NCBI GenBank assembly: GCA_904063045.1
Contig: CAJFCJ010000019.1
Span: forward strand, 2,672,684-2,736,683
Source: Dimorphilus gyrociliatus
Lineage: Eukaryota; Animalia; Annelida
Direction of reading: 5' to 3'
DNA: 64,000 bases
Positions within the stretch are counted from its first letter, which is position 1, and every line of letters begins with the position of its first letter. The position numbers and the translations under genes were made by a program. The notes beneath the pieces were generated by a model. It made no database searches. It saw nothing but the letters and a program-made list of their open reading frames with translations, and was not told where the DNA came from. Positions 1-14,258 of the stretch are shown here, one piece after another.

Positions 1-597
1 AAAGGAGGAAATAATTAAATATTATTTTACAATTGGATAGTGATTGGCAAATAAGGCGGCCTGGAATATGTATACAATAAAATCTATATACGATTATCAA
101 TTATTTATTCATTTGTATTTTAAGTTTATTTCCCCAATAATTCCCCTCTAGACCAAGCTTAAGCGAAAATATACTCAATAAGAACTGATTTTATTAGTGC
201 TTTTTATACATATATATATCCTAATATATGCATATATAAATGTATATATTATATAATATATATATATGTATATATATATATAACGTGTATATTTAATATT
301 ATTTAGACAATTATACATCTTTACATGTAAAGCCACACTCGCCTCTATATTACAAATATACATTATATCTGTAGAGTTTTACTTTGATCAATTATTAACT
401 CTTTTCGTTATTCAAAGAATATAGTTTCTCAGATGTAAAAACTATTGTCAATAATTCTTTTATTATTTTCAATATTCAATAAAACAGTTATTTATCCTCT
501 TCGGTTAGTTCTTTTTAATTGTTTTTTTTACGTTTGTTTGATTTCTTATTCAAATACTTTACTGTCTATTAAATAATAATAACAAAGTACTAAAGAA

Positions 598-623
598 GAG
601 GAGGAGGAGGAGGAGGAGGAGGA
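598..623. repeat. (GAG)8 trinucleotide microsatellite
   Basis: Read directly: gag x8 plus ga. No convincing host ORF was found. Confidence 0.9.
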
Positions 624-2136
624 TATGGAAACGAATGGACGTCGTTTAATCCAACCTATCAAAAACTGCATGAAATTAGATTAAGTATTGGCATTTATTC
701 AATAATAGTAATAATATTTCTGTAATAATAACAATTTCAATAATGAAGATAATCTTTTACACACAATATTTAAGGAAAAATCAAATTACGATAAGTTTTG
801 TTTGAAAAGAAAAAGAAGATTATAAAATATTGATGTAATATGATTTTCATATAGTAATATCATTATTACTCCATTTCTTGTTAAACTATATAAGTAGAAA
901 TAGTAGTAGTTCATTGGTAGCCAAGGCAAACTATTTCCTTTTCCTACCATGATCAATGGAATTGCGTTTCATACCATAATTTTCTATAATTGATAAAATA
1001 GCTATAATTTCCCGAATGTTTAAGGCTTGTATGGGAATATAAATTATTTACGGTAGGAAATCATCTTTTTGTTCCATAGGAATGGTGATTAAAAGGCGAA
1101 ACTGAAAGATAGAAGAGCAGAATGGAATAATAATAAAGATAGAGAGAAGGAAAAAGGGAAAAAAATAAAGTCTTTCTATTACGCAAAAAGCATTTTTTTT
1201 AGCTTTTTTTCCCTTTATTTCTTCAAATGAGAAGAAAAAATTGCAATATAAAAAGGGATATACAGAAGAATATTAAAAGAAGAAAAATAGTGTGTTGTCG
1301 TGATGCGTTTTCAAATTGGAATTGAGTAAACATTCGATTCCAAATCATTCAGGGTTAAAACCCAATTAAGATAGGATATATCTTATAAATAACTACGGAA
1401 ATTATTCTTCCTGATTATCTATGATAATAGTACGATTAGAAGAAAACTAAGTTATATAATTTATTGCTGATGTTGCAAAAATTGAATTACTTAAATATTT
1501 CTATCTCAATAGGAAGGATTAAAGAGATAAGGTGAAAATTAAACGCCAACTGAGAGACAGTACCGAGAAATGCTCTTTAAATGTTTCCTTTTTGGGTGAA
1601 AACTTCAATTTTGATCAGGAGGCGGGCTCGTATCCAGACCGAGTGGCTTAACAAATGCCAAGACTGACAATGACTTGCCAATTTTGGAACACAAGTTAAT
1701 ATAGGAAATTTTAGGAGAAAAGAGAGAAACAGAGTTGGAGCAGACAAATTCTCGCTACCCATTAAAGCAATCTTGATGAAATTTTCCTTCAGTTCACTTA
1801 CATGATAACGCAATCAATCAGGCAAAATTTATTTTGTACCGCCTTTATATTCGAGAGAATATTAATAAAAATTCTACCTCTTAGGCAGGTTATCGTGTTT
1901 TTACTCTTTTCAAGACGAAATTTTATATAAAGGGAATATGTAATCAACGAAGAGGGTGACCGTCAATAATGTTTAGGTATTCTCACAATACAATGAGAAT
2001 AGCCACAGCTAATTAACATACGATGTGAAATTTTCATTAATCAAATCGAATGACAACGCCACTGATCTATACAACTTAATTTTCTCATTCACGGACAAGA
2101 AAAGGAAGACTATTCTCAAGATAAAATAGAATAACT

Positions 2137-2150
2137 CCAATAGATGGCGA
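2137..2150 (+). promoter_or_regulatory. CTCF-like motif
   Basis: CCAATAGATGGCGA matches the CTCF consensus CCASYAGRKGGCR at most positions. Confidence 0.45.
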
Positions 2151-3020
2151 TATCAACTTATATCTCTTGTTTTTTTTTGCAAAATTCGAAGGAAATCGTT
2201 AGGTTGGCCTAAAGGTTTTTCTTTGCGTGGTCTATCTAAAAACATTGTCCTTGGACAATTTTCTTTATGAAAATTGAAAGCATGAGGGGGAGTTTGTACT
2301 TTTAAATTATGTAAATCTTTTAAACAAAAGAAGACAATTGAGAAAAAGAGTTTTCTTTAACGATTGTAATTTATTTCGCATTAGAGCTTAATTCATGATT
2401 TTTAAAGTCTAAAATGCCCTATTGATAAACATAGTAAATAGTTTGTCAAATATCAATAAAATATAAAAATGAATTTTTAGTATTTCCAAGAAGTAATCTT
2501 AATTGATTTCGGTGGAAATTTTAGATTATTGAAGATTGTACTAAATCCTAATGAAGCTTAGAAATTAATTGATATGCTATAGAAATTATTGACGAAATAT
2601 ACACTTTCTCAGTTGAGGACGTCATATTTATAAAAAAAATAGGAAACGGAGATTAGCGACAAATATGACCTATATAATCAAATGTTATATAATCAAAAGT
2701 TTTTTCATATATAATTCTTAATTAAAGGTGATATTTTCTGAGTAGGGAGACATTAGCCAATGAGGCGAGAATAATTCTGATCGATTGATAAAGTATTACA
2801 GATAAAAATAATTAAACAATTATATCACTTAATTCATTTACCAAGTTTTTTAATTCATCTTTTATTAATATTAGAAAGTGACTATAACGCATAAATTGAT
2901 TTTCTTAATTGAAGCTTTCCTTTTAGCATTCTCATCAAAAGACTAGAAAGATTAAAAGAGATTAGTAAAGAGCTTGACAACTTTGAAAATGTAACGCTTT
3001 TAGAGTAGTACCACAATGTA

Positions 3021-3035
3021 CCGGTAGATGTCACT
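3021..3035 (+). promoter_or_regulatory. CTCF-like motif (GTC variant)
   Basis: CCGGTAGATGTCACT. Confidence 0.4.
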
Positions 3036-6000
3036 AGTTAATGATATTTCTTTTATAAATATATTAAACATTACGAAATAAGCTTTTAGATAATTTTACG
3101 TAATTTTTCATAATAAATTAATTAAAATAAATATTTAGTTTAAATATAGAAGTATCACCTTATAAGAATACGTTTTGTTAGCTTGAATGATTGTTAATAA
3201 ACAGAAAGATTTATAAAGATTTTAACAGAATTACACTGTCTCATCTTGAAATATTAACACGTATTTGAATTTTTTAACAGTTAAAAGACTAGCTTTTTTT
3301 TAGCAGTTGTAGATAAATTTTAATTCATAAAGACAATACATTTATTATACACTTCCTGCGAAATTAGTTATATTCACTCCTCTTCCAAAATTATTGATCG
3401 AACAACTAAACGCAAAATACATTACCAGCAAAATTACTCATTCCACTATATTGTAATTAAACGGATGACGTAACGAACCGAACAATTCTGACTTATATTG
3501 TCCTTTATTTGTTTCCTAATTAATATTGATAAACTACCATTCATTTAGTTTTATCAAATTATTTAAAACTAAAACTATATTTATAATATTCAAGTGATAA
3601 TATATAATCAACTTTTAACTCATTTCATTTATTTAACAATTCATAATTAACAATAAAAAAAGAATGAACTCTTAGTTTGTTAACAAAAAACATTTTAATT
3701 ATTTTATCTTGCCTCCCTCCCCCCCCCCTTGTCTATTTATATCAATACTTGTATGTATATATGTATAAATGTACTTAATATACAGTGTATATGCTTATAT
3801 ACATATAGATATATATTCTAATATAAACTGTATATATCTAGTATATTTAAACAGCATAGTATTTAATCAATCAATCTAAAGTATATTCAGCATAGATAGA
3901 TGTATATTGTCTATACATACTTCTGTAATTGCGATGTCTATGTTTTTATATAGATATACCATTCTTTTTATTATTTAATAAAAGGAAGAAATTCTTTTAT
4001 TTCTTATTATTTACCTAATGCATTTTCATTAGTAAAACAATGTAAGCTTAGAATTACTAGTATTTTTTTATGTAATATAACAATACTTTCATTATATTAT
4101 TTGTTTATTTCAATATATTATTTATAATAATTTGTTTTCTTTCTCCAAATTTTTAATGAAAAGAACAAAAAGTTTTTCTCCACTCACCCTCTTTCTTTCT
4201 CTTTCTCTCTCTTTCTCTCTCGCCACCCCCCTTCCCTTCTCTCCCCCGTCTCCATTCTGTTCCGTTATAAATAAAAAAAAATGTGTAGGTTTCGTTCTTT
4301 TTGATTCGACCGCCTACTTATTTTATATATTTACAATGGGGTCGTCTAATCTATTTAAAAGTTGACGGCCGTTTCTTTCTTTCTTTATTATATGGAAGGG
4401 AAATGTTGAAAGATGTTGAATAGTTCACTCTTTCGTCAATATATTTCGTTCAAGAGCCGTCTAATAGCTTTTTCCATTCACCTGAGAAAGGAATGACGTT
4501 CGTTTTCCAGCCGACTTCATTGCCTTGAATTGGTCATTGGAACTTGAATGTTTGTGTCGTTGGAAATACAATGGCTATGTTTACGTTCGAATTAAGCGCA
4601 TTTAAAGCGGGCGTAGATCCGTAGAAGTGGTAGATTCATGCTTCTTTTTTTTTTACAAAGTTCTTTCGCTCTCAAAAGTCGTATTTGTTATAATCAAACG
4701 GGACGGAATATTTATGTATTTATTACGGGAATGACACCCTATAATTAAACGAGTTATTTATTGCAACATGCACATAAAAAGCGAATATCTCTCTTTTTAA
4801 ACAGGTTTATTATGAATCGGCTTACGAGAGTATCTCATCAACGATTAATTACAATAAAACGTGTGAAAATGTTCACCTTTAATATCAAATATTTTGTTTT
4901 TACAGTTAAGTATGAATATTTAAGATTTTCAACTCGGGAACACTTTACACTGCGGAGTAAAAGTGTCGATAGAAGACGCCCTCGAGGCATCAGCGGGACG
5001 CCGGATATGAAAGGCAACGTCCATAAACAAATTAGGCCTAGTTTTGTGGGCGGCTTCTACAAGAAGAGGGCGGAGCTAGAAGCGGTGTCATCTTTCTTTA
5101 TAGAGCGTACAGAAGAGTTGAATAATTAAAGGGCCGATAGCGCTAAAATGACGATCGTTTTCGAAAGAGCGCTAGGCGTTTTGATCGATGCGAAAGTAAA
5201 TATGTTGAATAATTCCACAAGCAATTTTTTTATATAACGCCATTCTCATGGCCTAACCAAATGTATATATTTGCGAGCGAAAGAGGCGTCGTACGAATAC
5301 GACGCACGTCAAGCAAGATGGATGCGTTCATGAATAGTAAATGACTAGTTTGTGCGCGTCTCGTACCAAAATAGAGAGCGCAATCAAAAAGTCATTAAGT
5401 CGAGTGTTGGCAGAAGGCGTCAATTTTTTTAACTTCACACTTTATATATACACATATAGTTCACATAACAAACGTAGAATCTTAAAAATTTAATATATAT
5501 ATATATATGAATAAATGAAAAATTAAGTTCTATATACGTATTTATGAACATAAATAAATATATGTGCGTATATATATCTATATATATATATATATATAGC
5601 TTTTTTCTTTTCATATACAGTATATATCTATATATATCTCAGTCTGTTGCATTGTATATAGAATTATATATATATATATATACTGTATATATATGGAAGT
5701 GAAATGTATTCACGTAGAAAAATATAGAAACTTGTGTAGTATATGCTTATATACTTTAGTGTATATTTAAGAAGAAAAATGCAGTATTATAGATATTTAC
5801 TATTTTCAATCGGATTGCGATCCGCCGCCAGTCAAAGTCGTGTTTATGCAGGTGCGACTATAGGCGACTATCGGATTAATCGACTCGATATATTCAGCGA
5901 TTCTTCTTCAGTGAAGCATTGTATAAATATTGACAAAGAGATCGGTATTTTATGGCCAAAGCCAATCGTTTCTCACATATTTATATGTACGACCGCTTTG

Positions 6001-9000
6001 CGTTATAAATTATCATTTCCCAACCAGCGCGCCCATCAGTCAATATCGTCGACGCTTCTTTGTCGGCGTCTTACACGCAATCTAACGCCGGCTTTGCGGT
6101 AGAGCCTGGCGCGATCGAAACGCCGTCGTTGCCCTACGATTAATGGTGACCGGCGATTTTCGAGGTTAGATCAATTTTACGTACTCCTTCCCTTTACTCT
6201 TTCCCTTTCGTTTCTCTTGAGATTTATAAGTTCCAACAATTATACTAGGGCCAGGTGCGAAAGATGCGGGCGCATAGGAATGAAGAAATAGGCTCCGCCT
6301 TTTTTGGGCTATTTATGAGTTAATCAATTCGCCGTTTCTCTTTGTTTGCGTCCGAGCCGTTTCTAAGTTGTTTTACGTGTATCGGTCAAGCGGCTCGACG
6401 GTTCGATTGCGGTCGACGACGTCTCAATCGGCCTTTTGTGCGTATTTAATTGCATTTTCATGACGTTTTTATGAGTTGAATTTTTAAAGTGTATATGGAT
6501 ATGGAATAAAATATTTATGTCTCGTTTACACTAGCTGCATGTATAACGCCTATGTATTGTACATCTATGAACTATTCAAAATATAACGCCATTGTTAATA
6601 AATAGCTAAACATAATTCGGTTATTCTTTTTTATTCAGCGCCTTTAACGTAAAAATATATAAATTTGCATTTAAACAATCTATTTAATCATTTATAGATG
6701 AAAAAAATTGATAAGTCAGCCTATATTATAGAGGCTATACCATCGGGTACATTTAGATAGGCTTTATTATATCTCTATAGAAAAACATATAATCCTACAC
6801 TATGTTTAAAAAATCAAAAACACAAAGTAATTAAAGAGAAAAATCATCATTCAGATTACTGATACTTATATAAAGTAATTGAACAAAAAAGTATATGTTT
6901 CGAAATTGGACAATGGTGCTTTATGTCCGTCCGATGGGTGTGATGACAACGCTATAACCTCGACCTTTCTTTACGTATGACCGAAATTGACATTTTCAAC
7001 GAGAACATTTGAAAAAAGTATTCTTGTTTGAAAAAAAAAAGTTTTTTTCTCTCCACCCCCCACTCTTCATTGAACGAGTTGATGAAAGTTCTAAAAAAAG
7101 GCAGGATATAGGCCTTGTTATACTCTATTACTATTTAGTAAATAAAATAAGCGTTAAATGTGATAGTCGTTCATCATGTCACCTGTAAAAGATTTTTTAA
7201 ATAATAAATGAAATAACGGAATAAAATAAATGAATATTATCGTTTCGCTGTCCGAAAAATAGAGAGTGGGAGAAAATGGGGAAGTTTTAAATAGAATAAA
7301 AGGAAGGAATAAAATGATGGACATAATTTATACCCGGCAAATCACGACACGGTGATAATCGTTGACTTGTTTCTTTTCTAGAGGAAAAAAAGAATGAAGT
7401 AATTTCGAGCGTTTCACCCATCGATTTTGTTATTGAACAAACATCAGTTTTTAACAAAGTTCAATAGAAACGGGCGCAAAAAGGTGCGGTCTAAGTGGCA
7501 ATATATTCGCCGATTATTGTCTGCCTCGTACAAAGCTTTTTGTTGATTTTTCTTTACAAAGCCTACCTTATATGTATATGATTTTATATAAGTTTAAATA
7601 TAATTTATTTATTTCCACACGTATTAGCAAATACACATATAGTAAAACGAATACATTTACCTCTCTTTACATAAATACAATCATTATCTACAGCATATTG
7701 GACAAAATTTCATTAGCGTTTCTGTGTTTGTAAACAACTTCTTAACTCAATAACTTACTTTCTGTTATTTATGTACATAAGGTAGAATGAGTTGAATGAA
7801 CATTTAGTAAATATATACATATTCTAATAGAACGTATAAAGTTTAAATATAGCTGTTTAATTAAATCGAAAGTAAATATATACGTTCTTTTAGAAGATCT
7901 TTTTATTACGGACGTCTGGGTTGTATTTTCTCTCAACTGTAATTAACTGAAGCAATACAATAATTAACAACAGCGTGCGTCCCTAATAAAACATTGACCA
8001 ACACGGCGTCTTAAAAACGCCTACTAATACAAATCAGCAATAATATGCAAATGAATGTTCACTTGCAAGAGCGATTCGACTGATCCGTATAAATAAATAA
8101 CTATAGCGATGGCGTTCATGTAGAAAGGAGCTATTCAAACATTTGTTAAAGCTTTCTTGTATGGTGTGAAGTGAGTAATTGACTCTTCATAGGCCTACAC
8201 AATCAATTTTCTCTCATAGGCTACTAAAGGACAAAAAGAATTCGTTATTAATGTAGAAATGCTTGTTTGTCTTCTCCCCACGCTCGAATACGTTTGGCAG
8301 TTTACGATTGTTTGTAGCGAGACGTTATTTCTGTTGGTATTGCGTCATGAATTTTTCATCGTCAATGTTTTAATTCTGACATACAAGCAGTATGTAGAAG
8401 AAAGGCTTTATCAACAATTGAGGAGTGTAAATGAAAAATGGTGAATTAATAGTCCGTCGCCTTTGTGCGTAACATTTGAAGGTTTTTTTGACATTTGAAA
8501 CTGTTCAAAGTGTTTAAGCTATTTTTCGAATAATTCATTTATATATTTTCTTTGTATATCGCGTAAAATCCTGTAAACATATTTGACGTCGGCGCAGCGT
8601 TTGAATGCCTTATTCAATTTGACAAAAGAGGAAAATATTATCAGTTTAACATCACCGTTAAAAAATCCAATTGCAATTTGCAATGTGTTCAAATTGAGCT
8701 TATGTTTTAATTTAAAAAAGCTGTTGACTATCTAATAAATGTATATTAATTATATATTGCATGTTATAATTATCATGACTGATATTAATATTCATTCTTA
8801 CATTATATAATGTATATGAAAGGTTTATCTATAATTAAATTTATTTACTACTACTGAATCTATTGACGATCAATTGCCTTTATATTGATTTTTTGCTGGT
8901 CAAGTATACTCGTCTATACTTCTTTCTTAATTCTTACGTTTCCGCAGAGAATACTTTCTTTCAATCTTAAACAAATCCTGTCTTTTGAAAAAAAATTTAG

Positions 9001-9591
9001 AAAAGGAATTTTTTCCCTTCTTTTCTTTCTCGTCGGCTTTCTTCTTATAACTTTTAAAATATTAAATTACAACGATAGATAATAATTTTCATCTTATTTC
9101 ATTATATTTATTTCATTCATTTTATTGCCACTTCAAAAGAACATTCTATCATCTCTAAAATTATCCAAATGGTCTTTCTCTCTCTCTCTTTCTTTTCTTT
9201 TTTACTTTCTCCGTTTTATTCACTTCTTCTCAATTTCTCTCTCTCTCTCTCTCTCTCTTTGCTTCCCTGTCCCTCTCTTTCTTCTCATTATCGGTAAAAA
9301 TCAATTTTTTTGCTAAATTATATCCAGAGAAAAAACCTGCTACCTATGCTTACTCTTATAGATAGAAACATTATTAAACTATTTAAGAAAGAGAAATTAT
9401 TAAATATATCATGTAATCTCAGTATTTAATTTTATTCAGATAAAAAAAATGAAACAAAAAATAACTGCGCTGCTTCCAGAGTTATATTTACAATAAAGAA
9501 ATTGTTTTAAATGTATCAAATAAAATCTGCATATATACTGAAAAATAACTTTTACTTGTATATAAGCAGTGAAATGAATTGAAACCAAAAG

Positions 9592-9629
<38 letters not shown>

Positions 9630-9751
9630 ACAACCGAGGGAAAGACGAAAACAGATTACTTTTCTCTGTCTAATTTAAACAAACAAATAAACCTATTCTT
9701 ATAAAGTGTACGGATTACAGTTCTTCTTTCTCTCCCTTCTCACAATTATAA

Positions 9752-9784
<33 letters not shown>

Positions 9785-10062
9785 AATACACAATATTTAA
9801 TTTTATATACATATATTGACTGTCTTGACTGTATACGATATTAAAATATTCTTTTAATTTTTTTCTGATATAAATGCATACTTTTAAAATTGTTCATTTT
9901 ACTGTACTCTATCCATTTTCTTAGTATGCATATATATATATATATATATACAATGAATTATATGTATCTTATTTTTTAAAAAAAAGTATATTAATGGGTC
10001 TCAGCATGAATGTACGTATTTTTTTTGTTTACTATCATACACACTCACATGCATACATACAG

Positions 10063-10064
<2 letters not shown>

Positions 10065-10117
<53 letters not shown>
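10065..10117. repeat. (TA)n microsatellite, about 26 units
   Basis: Pure TA run starting about 30 nt downstream of the FoxB stop codon. Confidence 0.95.
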
Positions 10118-10120
<3 letters not shown>

Positions 10121-10147
10121 ATTTTCTTTTGTTTAAAACAAAAGGTA

Positions 10148-10873
10148 TTACCCATGAGATAGGATAGATTGAAGTGAATGAGAGGAGAGAGATGGCTGGA
10201 GAGCAAACGGTCTCTTTACTGACGAATGCACAGGAATTAGAGGAGGCGGATTAAAGTGAAGAGATTTTGAAGACGACAAGGGCGGATCATCCCTTGCCAT
10301 TATACTTTCAATGCTAAACGATTGCTTATGAGATGTTGATTTTTTAGTAGGTGGTGGACTCGTTGAACCAGATGGTGGTAAAGTAGAAGATATCGCCAAC
10401 TGAGGGTGAACCGTTAGAGGCGTTCGATGAGAAGGTGTATACATTCTCGGCAAATAAGATGGAGAATATAATGCAGGTGGTGGTGGCATAGAGTATTGTT
10501 GACTACTTGCTTCAACTAGACTAGGAAGGTTCCTAGCTAAGAGCTTGAATCTCTTTCTTCTTCTCAGAAAACTTCCATTTTCAAACATATCTCCACAACT
10601 TGGGTGTAATGCCCAATAAGAGCCTTTTCCGGGTCTGTCAGGACGTCTTGGAATCTTGATAAAACAGTCGTTAAATGAGAGATTATGTCGTAAGGAGTTC
10701 TGCCAACGTTGCGTATTCTGACGGTAATAAGGAAAATTATCTGTGATGAACTTGTAGATATCGTTCAGTGGCAGCATTTTTTCCTTAGAGCTTTGGATAG
10801 CCATTGCTGTGAGAGCGATATAGGAATAAGGAGGTTTTTGATCGCCGTAAGTATTCTTTCCGGGGCGAGGCAT
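10148..10873 (-). CDS. FoxB: Forkhead box protein B (241 aa, single coding exon)
   Basis: Starts with the FoxB-diagnostic [27 protein letters not shown]; complete forkhead domain ([15 protein letters not shown]...[20 protein letters not shown]); C-terminal eh1-like motif FSIESIM. The ORF-track start at 10921 is a TTG; the ATG is at 10873. Confidence 0.95.
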   Translation of the reverse strand: MPRPGKNTYGDQKPPYSYIALTAMAIQSSKEKMLPLNDIYKFITDNFPYYRQNTQRWQNSLRHNLSFNDCFIKIPRRPDRPGKGSYWALHPSCGDMFENGSFLRRRKRFKLLARNLPSLVEASSQQYSMPPPPALYSPSYLPRMYTPSHRTPLTVHPQLAISSTLPPSGSTSPPPTKKSTSHKQSFSIESIMARDDPPLSSSKSLHFNPPPLIPVHSSVKRPFALQPSLSSHSLQSILSHG

Positions 10874-10947
10874 GATTGCGATGAATCTGACGGACGGCAA
10901 GCTGTTTGCTCTACTGACCAACTGCCAATCAAACGGTGGGCGGAGTT

Positions 10948-10959
10948 AGCGCATGCGCT
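10948..10959. promoter_or_regulatory. NRF-1/Ewg-type palindrome in the FoxB proximal promoter, next to GC and CCAAT boxes
   Basis: AGCGCATGCGCT, a perfect 12-bp palindrome; GGGCGG at 10938-10943; CCAAT at 10925-10929. Confidence 0.6.
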
Positions 10960-11321
10960 GCGGACGCCTATTTGCATTTAGATGGGATTACAGAGGTTGT
11001 ATGTTGATTTTTTCGTGTTTGACCAAAACCGAATGGTCAGCGGGACGTCGGCATTGACTGATGACGCTGCAGGTGTGACGCCCCGCTGAGTGCAGGTGTT
11101 GGCCGCTTTGCGAGACCACGTTGTTTACTAGTCCTTTGTGCCAAAAGCCGCTCCTGGCAACGAACTGCTCAAAGTCAATATTTGTTGGATATTTAACCGC
11201 GATCATGCAGAAATTTTCTTCACTCTCTTCGCTGATGTTATCAGGGACAAGACGGGGTGAAAATAACCCCTGGAAGGTGTGAGCAATTAGATCGATATGG
11301 AGATATGCAAATGATACGTCG

Positions 11322-11336
11322 GCGCCAGATGGCGTT
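11322..11336 (+). promoter_or_regulatory. CTCF-like motif upstream of FoxB
   Basis: GCGCCAGATGGCGTT. Confidence 0.5.
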
Positions 11337-13658
11337 CCGACAAGCTCGTGTCGTCTCAATTAGATGGGCTGATTGAGGTCAAGTTTTATCGCTCGTCTTT
11401 TTTGCGTTGACTTTACATAATAGAAGTAATGTCAACTGATGGTTGTAAAGTCTGTTACAAACTCTGAAACTAATGCATACACGTGACATCGTGTAGATAA
11501 TTCACTTGTTTTTTATCATTATAAACACAAGGAACAAATAAACTAAAAATGGTTTTTTAATAGCCGTATCTGTATATATATATATATATATATTATACAT
11601 ATTATTATACGAAACCCTTATTACCTTCATGACGCACCATATGCATATTTCTATAACAATACTTTTATTATTAAAATTTCTATTTGTCCAAGTTTTTTTT
11701 CTATTTTTCCCCAATTACTATTAATGGAAACAGGCGGTGTTCTTGGAATAGATAAGAGGGAGGGGAGAGAGAAAGAGTGAAAGAGAATAGAGCAATGAGT
11801 TTGAAAAAAAAAAGCAAAGTGATAATTATGATTAATATAATATAATAGTATATCATAATATATACAATAGAAGCTATTAAAAGTTGGATAAAATAATTAA
11901 TCTTTTTTTTTTTTTTGCTTTCAAAATGATTAACTTTTATGAACATTTATAAAAGTAAATTGTATATTGGTAAACAGGTATTAAGTATTCTTTTTATATA
12001 TTCAACATCTGTGCCGGATACTTATTTGTATTATAAACGTTTGTAAGTATAGTTTTTAATATATATATATGTACAGTGAGAGAGAGAGAGAGATAGATAG
12101 ATAGAGAGAGACAGAGAAAGAAAAAAAACGGTAAAATATTATCTATAGTTTGGATATTCAATATTGATAGAAACTGACCACTACTGTTGAATAGATAAAA
12201 TATAAAGCCATATATCTTTCAACTTTTTTCATTGATACATAGGGGTCATTTCTGATAGTGCATGCCCGGTTTCACCCAAATTTACACATAATGTAAACAT
12301 ATGGTTTAGAACTAGGATAATTTAAAATCCCTCTCGCCTTCGCGAGTCAGAATAGGTATTAAAGTATTACGTAATTAATAATTTACACCCTTGCTAAAGT
12401 ACGCATATAAATTCAATAAGAATATGCATTACCTCAATCTTGCACTATTTTTCCACGATTTTTTCGACAGATAAAGCGCTTAAGTAAACAGAATTTACAT
12501 TTTAAAGGAGCATCTGTATAAGAATTTTTGTCGCGCTATTAATATTACATTATTTAAGTTTATCTATTTTCTTTATGTTAAACATTTTCGTACAAAATTA
12601 CGTAATATTTAATTATAGAGTATATACCATATAAGCGTACAAGTATTCGTTACATCATCATTTTCAATAGAGCAAAGAATTTATCAATACCCTGAAGGTG
12701 ATTTTATATAAAAGTGTATCTAGCTACGAGTCTATAAGCTATATAAATATACTATATATCTAAATATTTAAAGTTAAAACGGGTTTCCCTTATATAAAGA
12801 ATTTTTTTTGAAAAGATCAATTTTAAAAAAAGATATTAATAACTTTAATGTATAGTTTTATTATACTTTTCCTTTTTTTGGCGGGAAAAAAGGACATCAA
12901 TTGAAGGGCCAAATAGTTGGTTCTAATTCTTTCTGACAAGGATGAATAGAAGTCTTAAAACATCAAATATATATATATTTTTATATTATTTTTCTATACA
13001 GTATATAATTCAATTACTTTTTATTCTATTTTATTTTTTAACCTAAAATTATCAATATCAACGTTAACAGTATTTCTAAAATAGCCTATTTTCCTCTCCA
13101 TTCAGTTTTATAAATTAAAGGCGCGCCTGAATTGTCAATATTTCTTAAATAAATATTTTTTAATTTATATTTTATCTTTGATTTTAATTACTTAGGTTTT
13201 TTTTTCATTTTAAATCATTTTATAATAGTTAAATATAACTTTAATATATAGAAAGGTTATCTAAAGAATTTTATATATAGGACAAATGTATGATTTATTC
13301 ACAACATTCCTTAAGAATTTATTAGTAAAACTGATCACACTCGGCCCTATATACCTTTTAAAAAAGGTGCTGGTACTATTACTTGTTTATACAACTTCCC
13401 AATAAAAGTCACCGACTCGTGACTTTTTAATTCGAATTTCCCAGTATGAAAGTCTTTGTACTGATAAAATGCAATTTATTTAAAGAACATCTTAATAAAT
13501 TACAATTCAATTATCAAACAATGAAAAGGTATGTTGATAATTTTATTCATTTAAAAATTTAAAATCTAACAATTTCTTTCAAACAAGGTGGCGCTTATTA
13601 AATTATGTATATTTAGACAAAATATATCATGCATTTTAACGCGTACTACGTATGCTAT

Positions 13659-13691
<33 letters not shown>

Positions 13692-14258
13692 ATATAATAT
13701 GTATAATATATGTATGCATATGTATATAAATATAACAACACATTGCATATAAATACAGAATTTCAGCTTAGTCATCTGTCTGAATATATGCAGGCTCGTT
13801 ATTATGCAAATGTTTACAGGACGCATATGTGACATTACGATCTTTTCATCTCAACTAGAATCGCAATCGACAAGTGGGAAAATTTGTTAGAATAATTAAA
13901 ATATTTCATCATTTATCGTTAACGAAGTGTTGTTTTTTTTTTTTGTTATTTCCTTTTTTTTTTATAAAAAAAAAGGAAATAAAGAAAATAAAAAGTTAAT
14001 ATTTAAACACTTTTTGTAATAGAAAAACACACTCTATTTGTTGTATTTAAGTTTTATTTCATTTTTCTATATTAGTTTTTATTAGAAAAAAAAATAAAAT
14101 TAATCCTTCTTCCATTTTTTTATTAAAAAAAAATTAATATTTTTTTCTTGTCTTCTTTCCCTTTTCACGTCGAATGGAAAAGAATTTACTTTGCAGAAAA
14201 AGTTATAATATGAAAGATGACGCCCTTAGTACTGTTTCTATAGTAATGTTGTATTAAG

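Noticed and set aside
560-1830. Possible minus-strand exons near the left edge (GTAAGT donor at 1801; acceptor/donor pair at about 1101-1050; poly-Leu/poly-Ser frames over the GAG repeat)
   Set aside because: I could not assemble a phase-consistent, recognisable protein; a gene running off the window cannot be excluded.
10140-10160. Possible GTAATA donor at the FoxB stop codon that would extend the C-terminus
   Set aside because: The ORF already contains the forkhead domain and eh1 motif and ends in TAA; no downstream exon was identified.
10988-11359. 123-aa minus-strand ORF upstream of FoxB
   Set aside because: It starts at TTG, has no recognisable domain and lies in GC-rich regulatory DNA where stop codons are rare; it is better explained as promoter/enhancer sequence.
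13385-13428. Hairpin plus T-tract (AAAAGTCAC-cgactc-GTGACTTTTT) superficially resembling the 3' end of the SpCas9 tracrRNA scaffold
   Set aside because: The alignment needs many gaps, there is no anti-repeat or nexus, no cas genes or array, and the context is eukaryotic intergenic DNA; judged coincidental.
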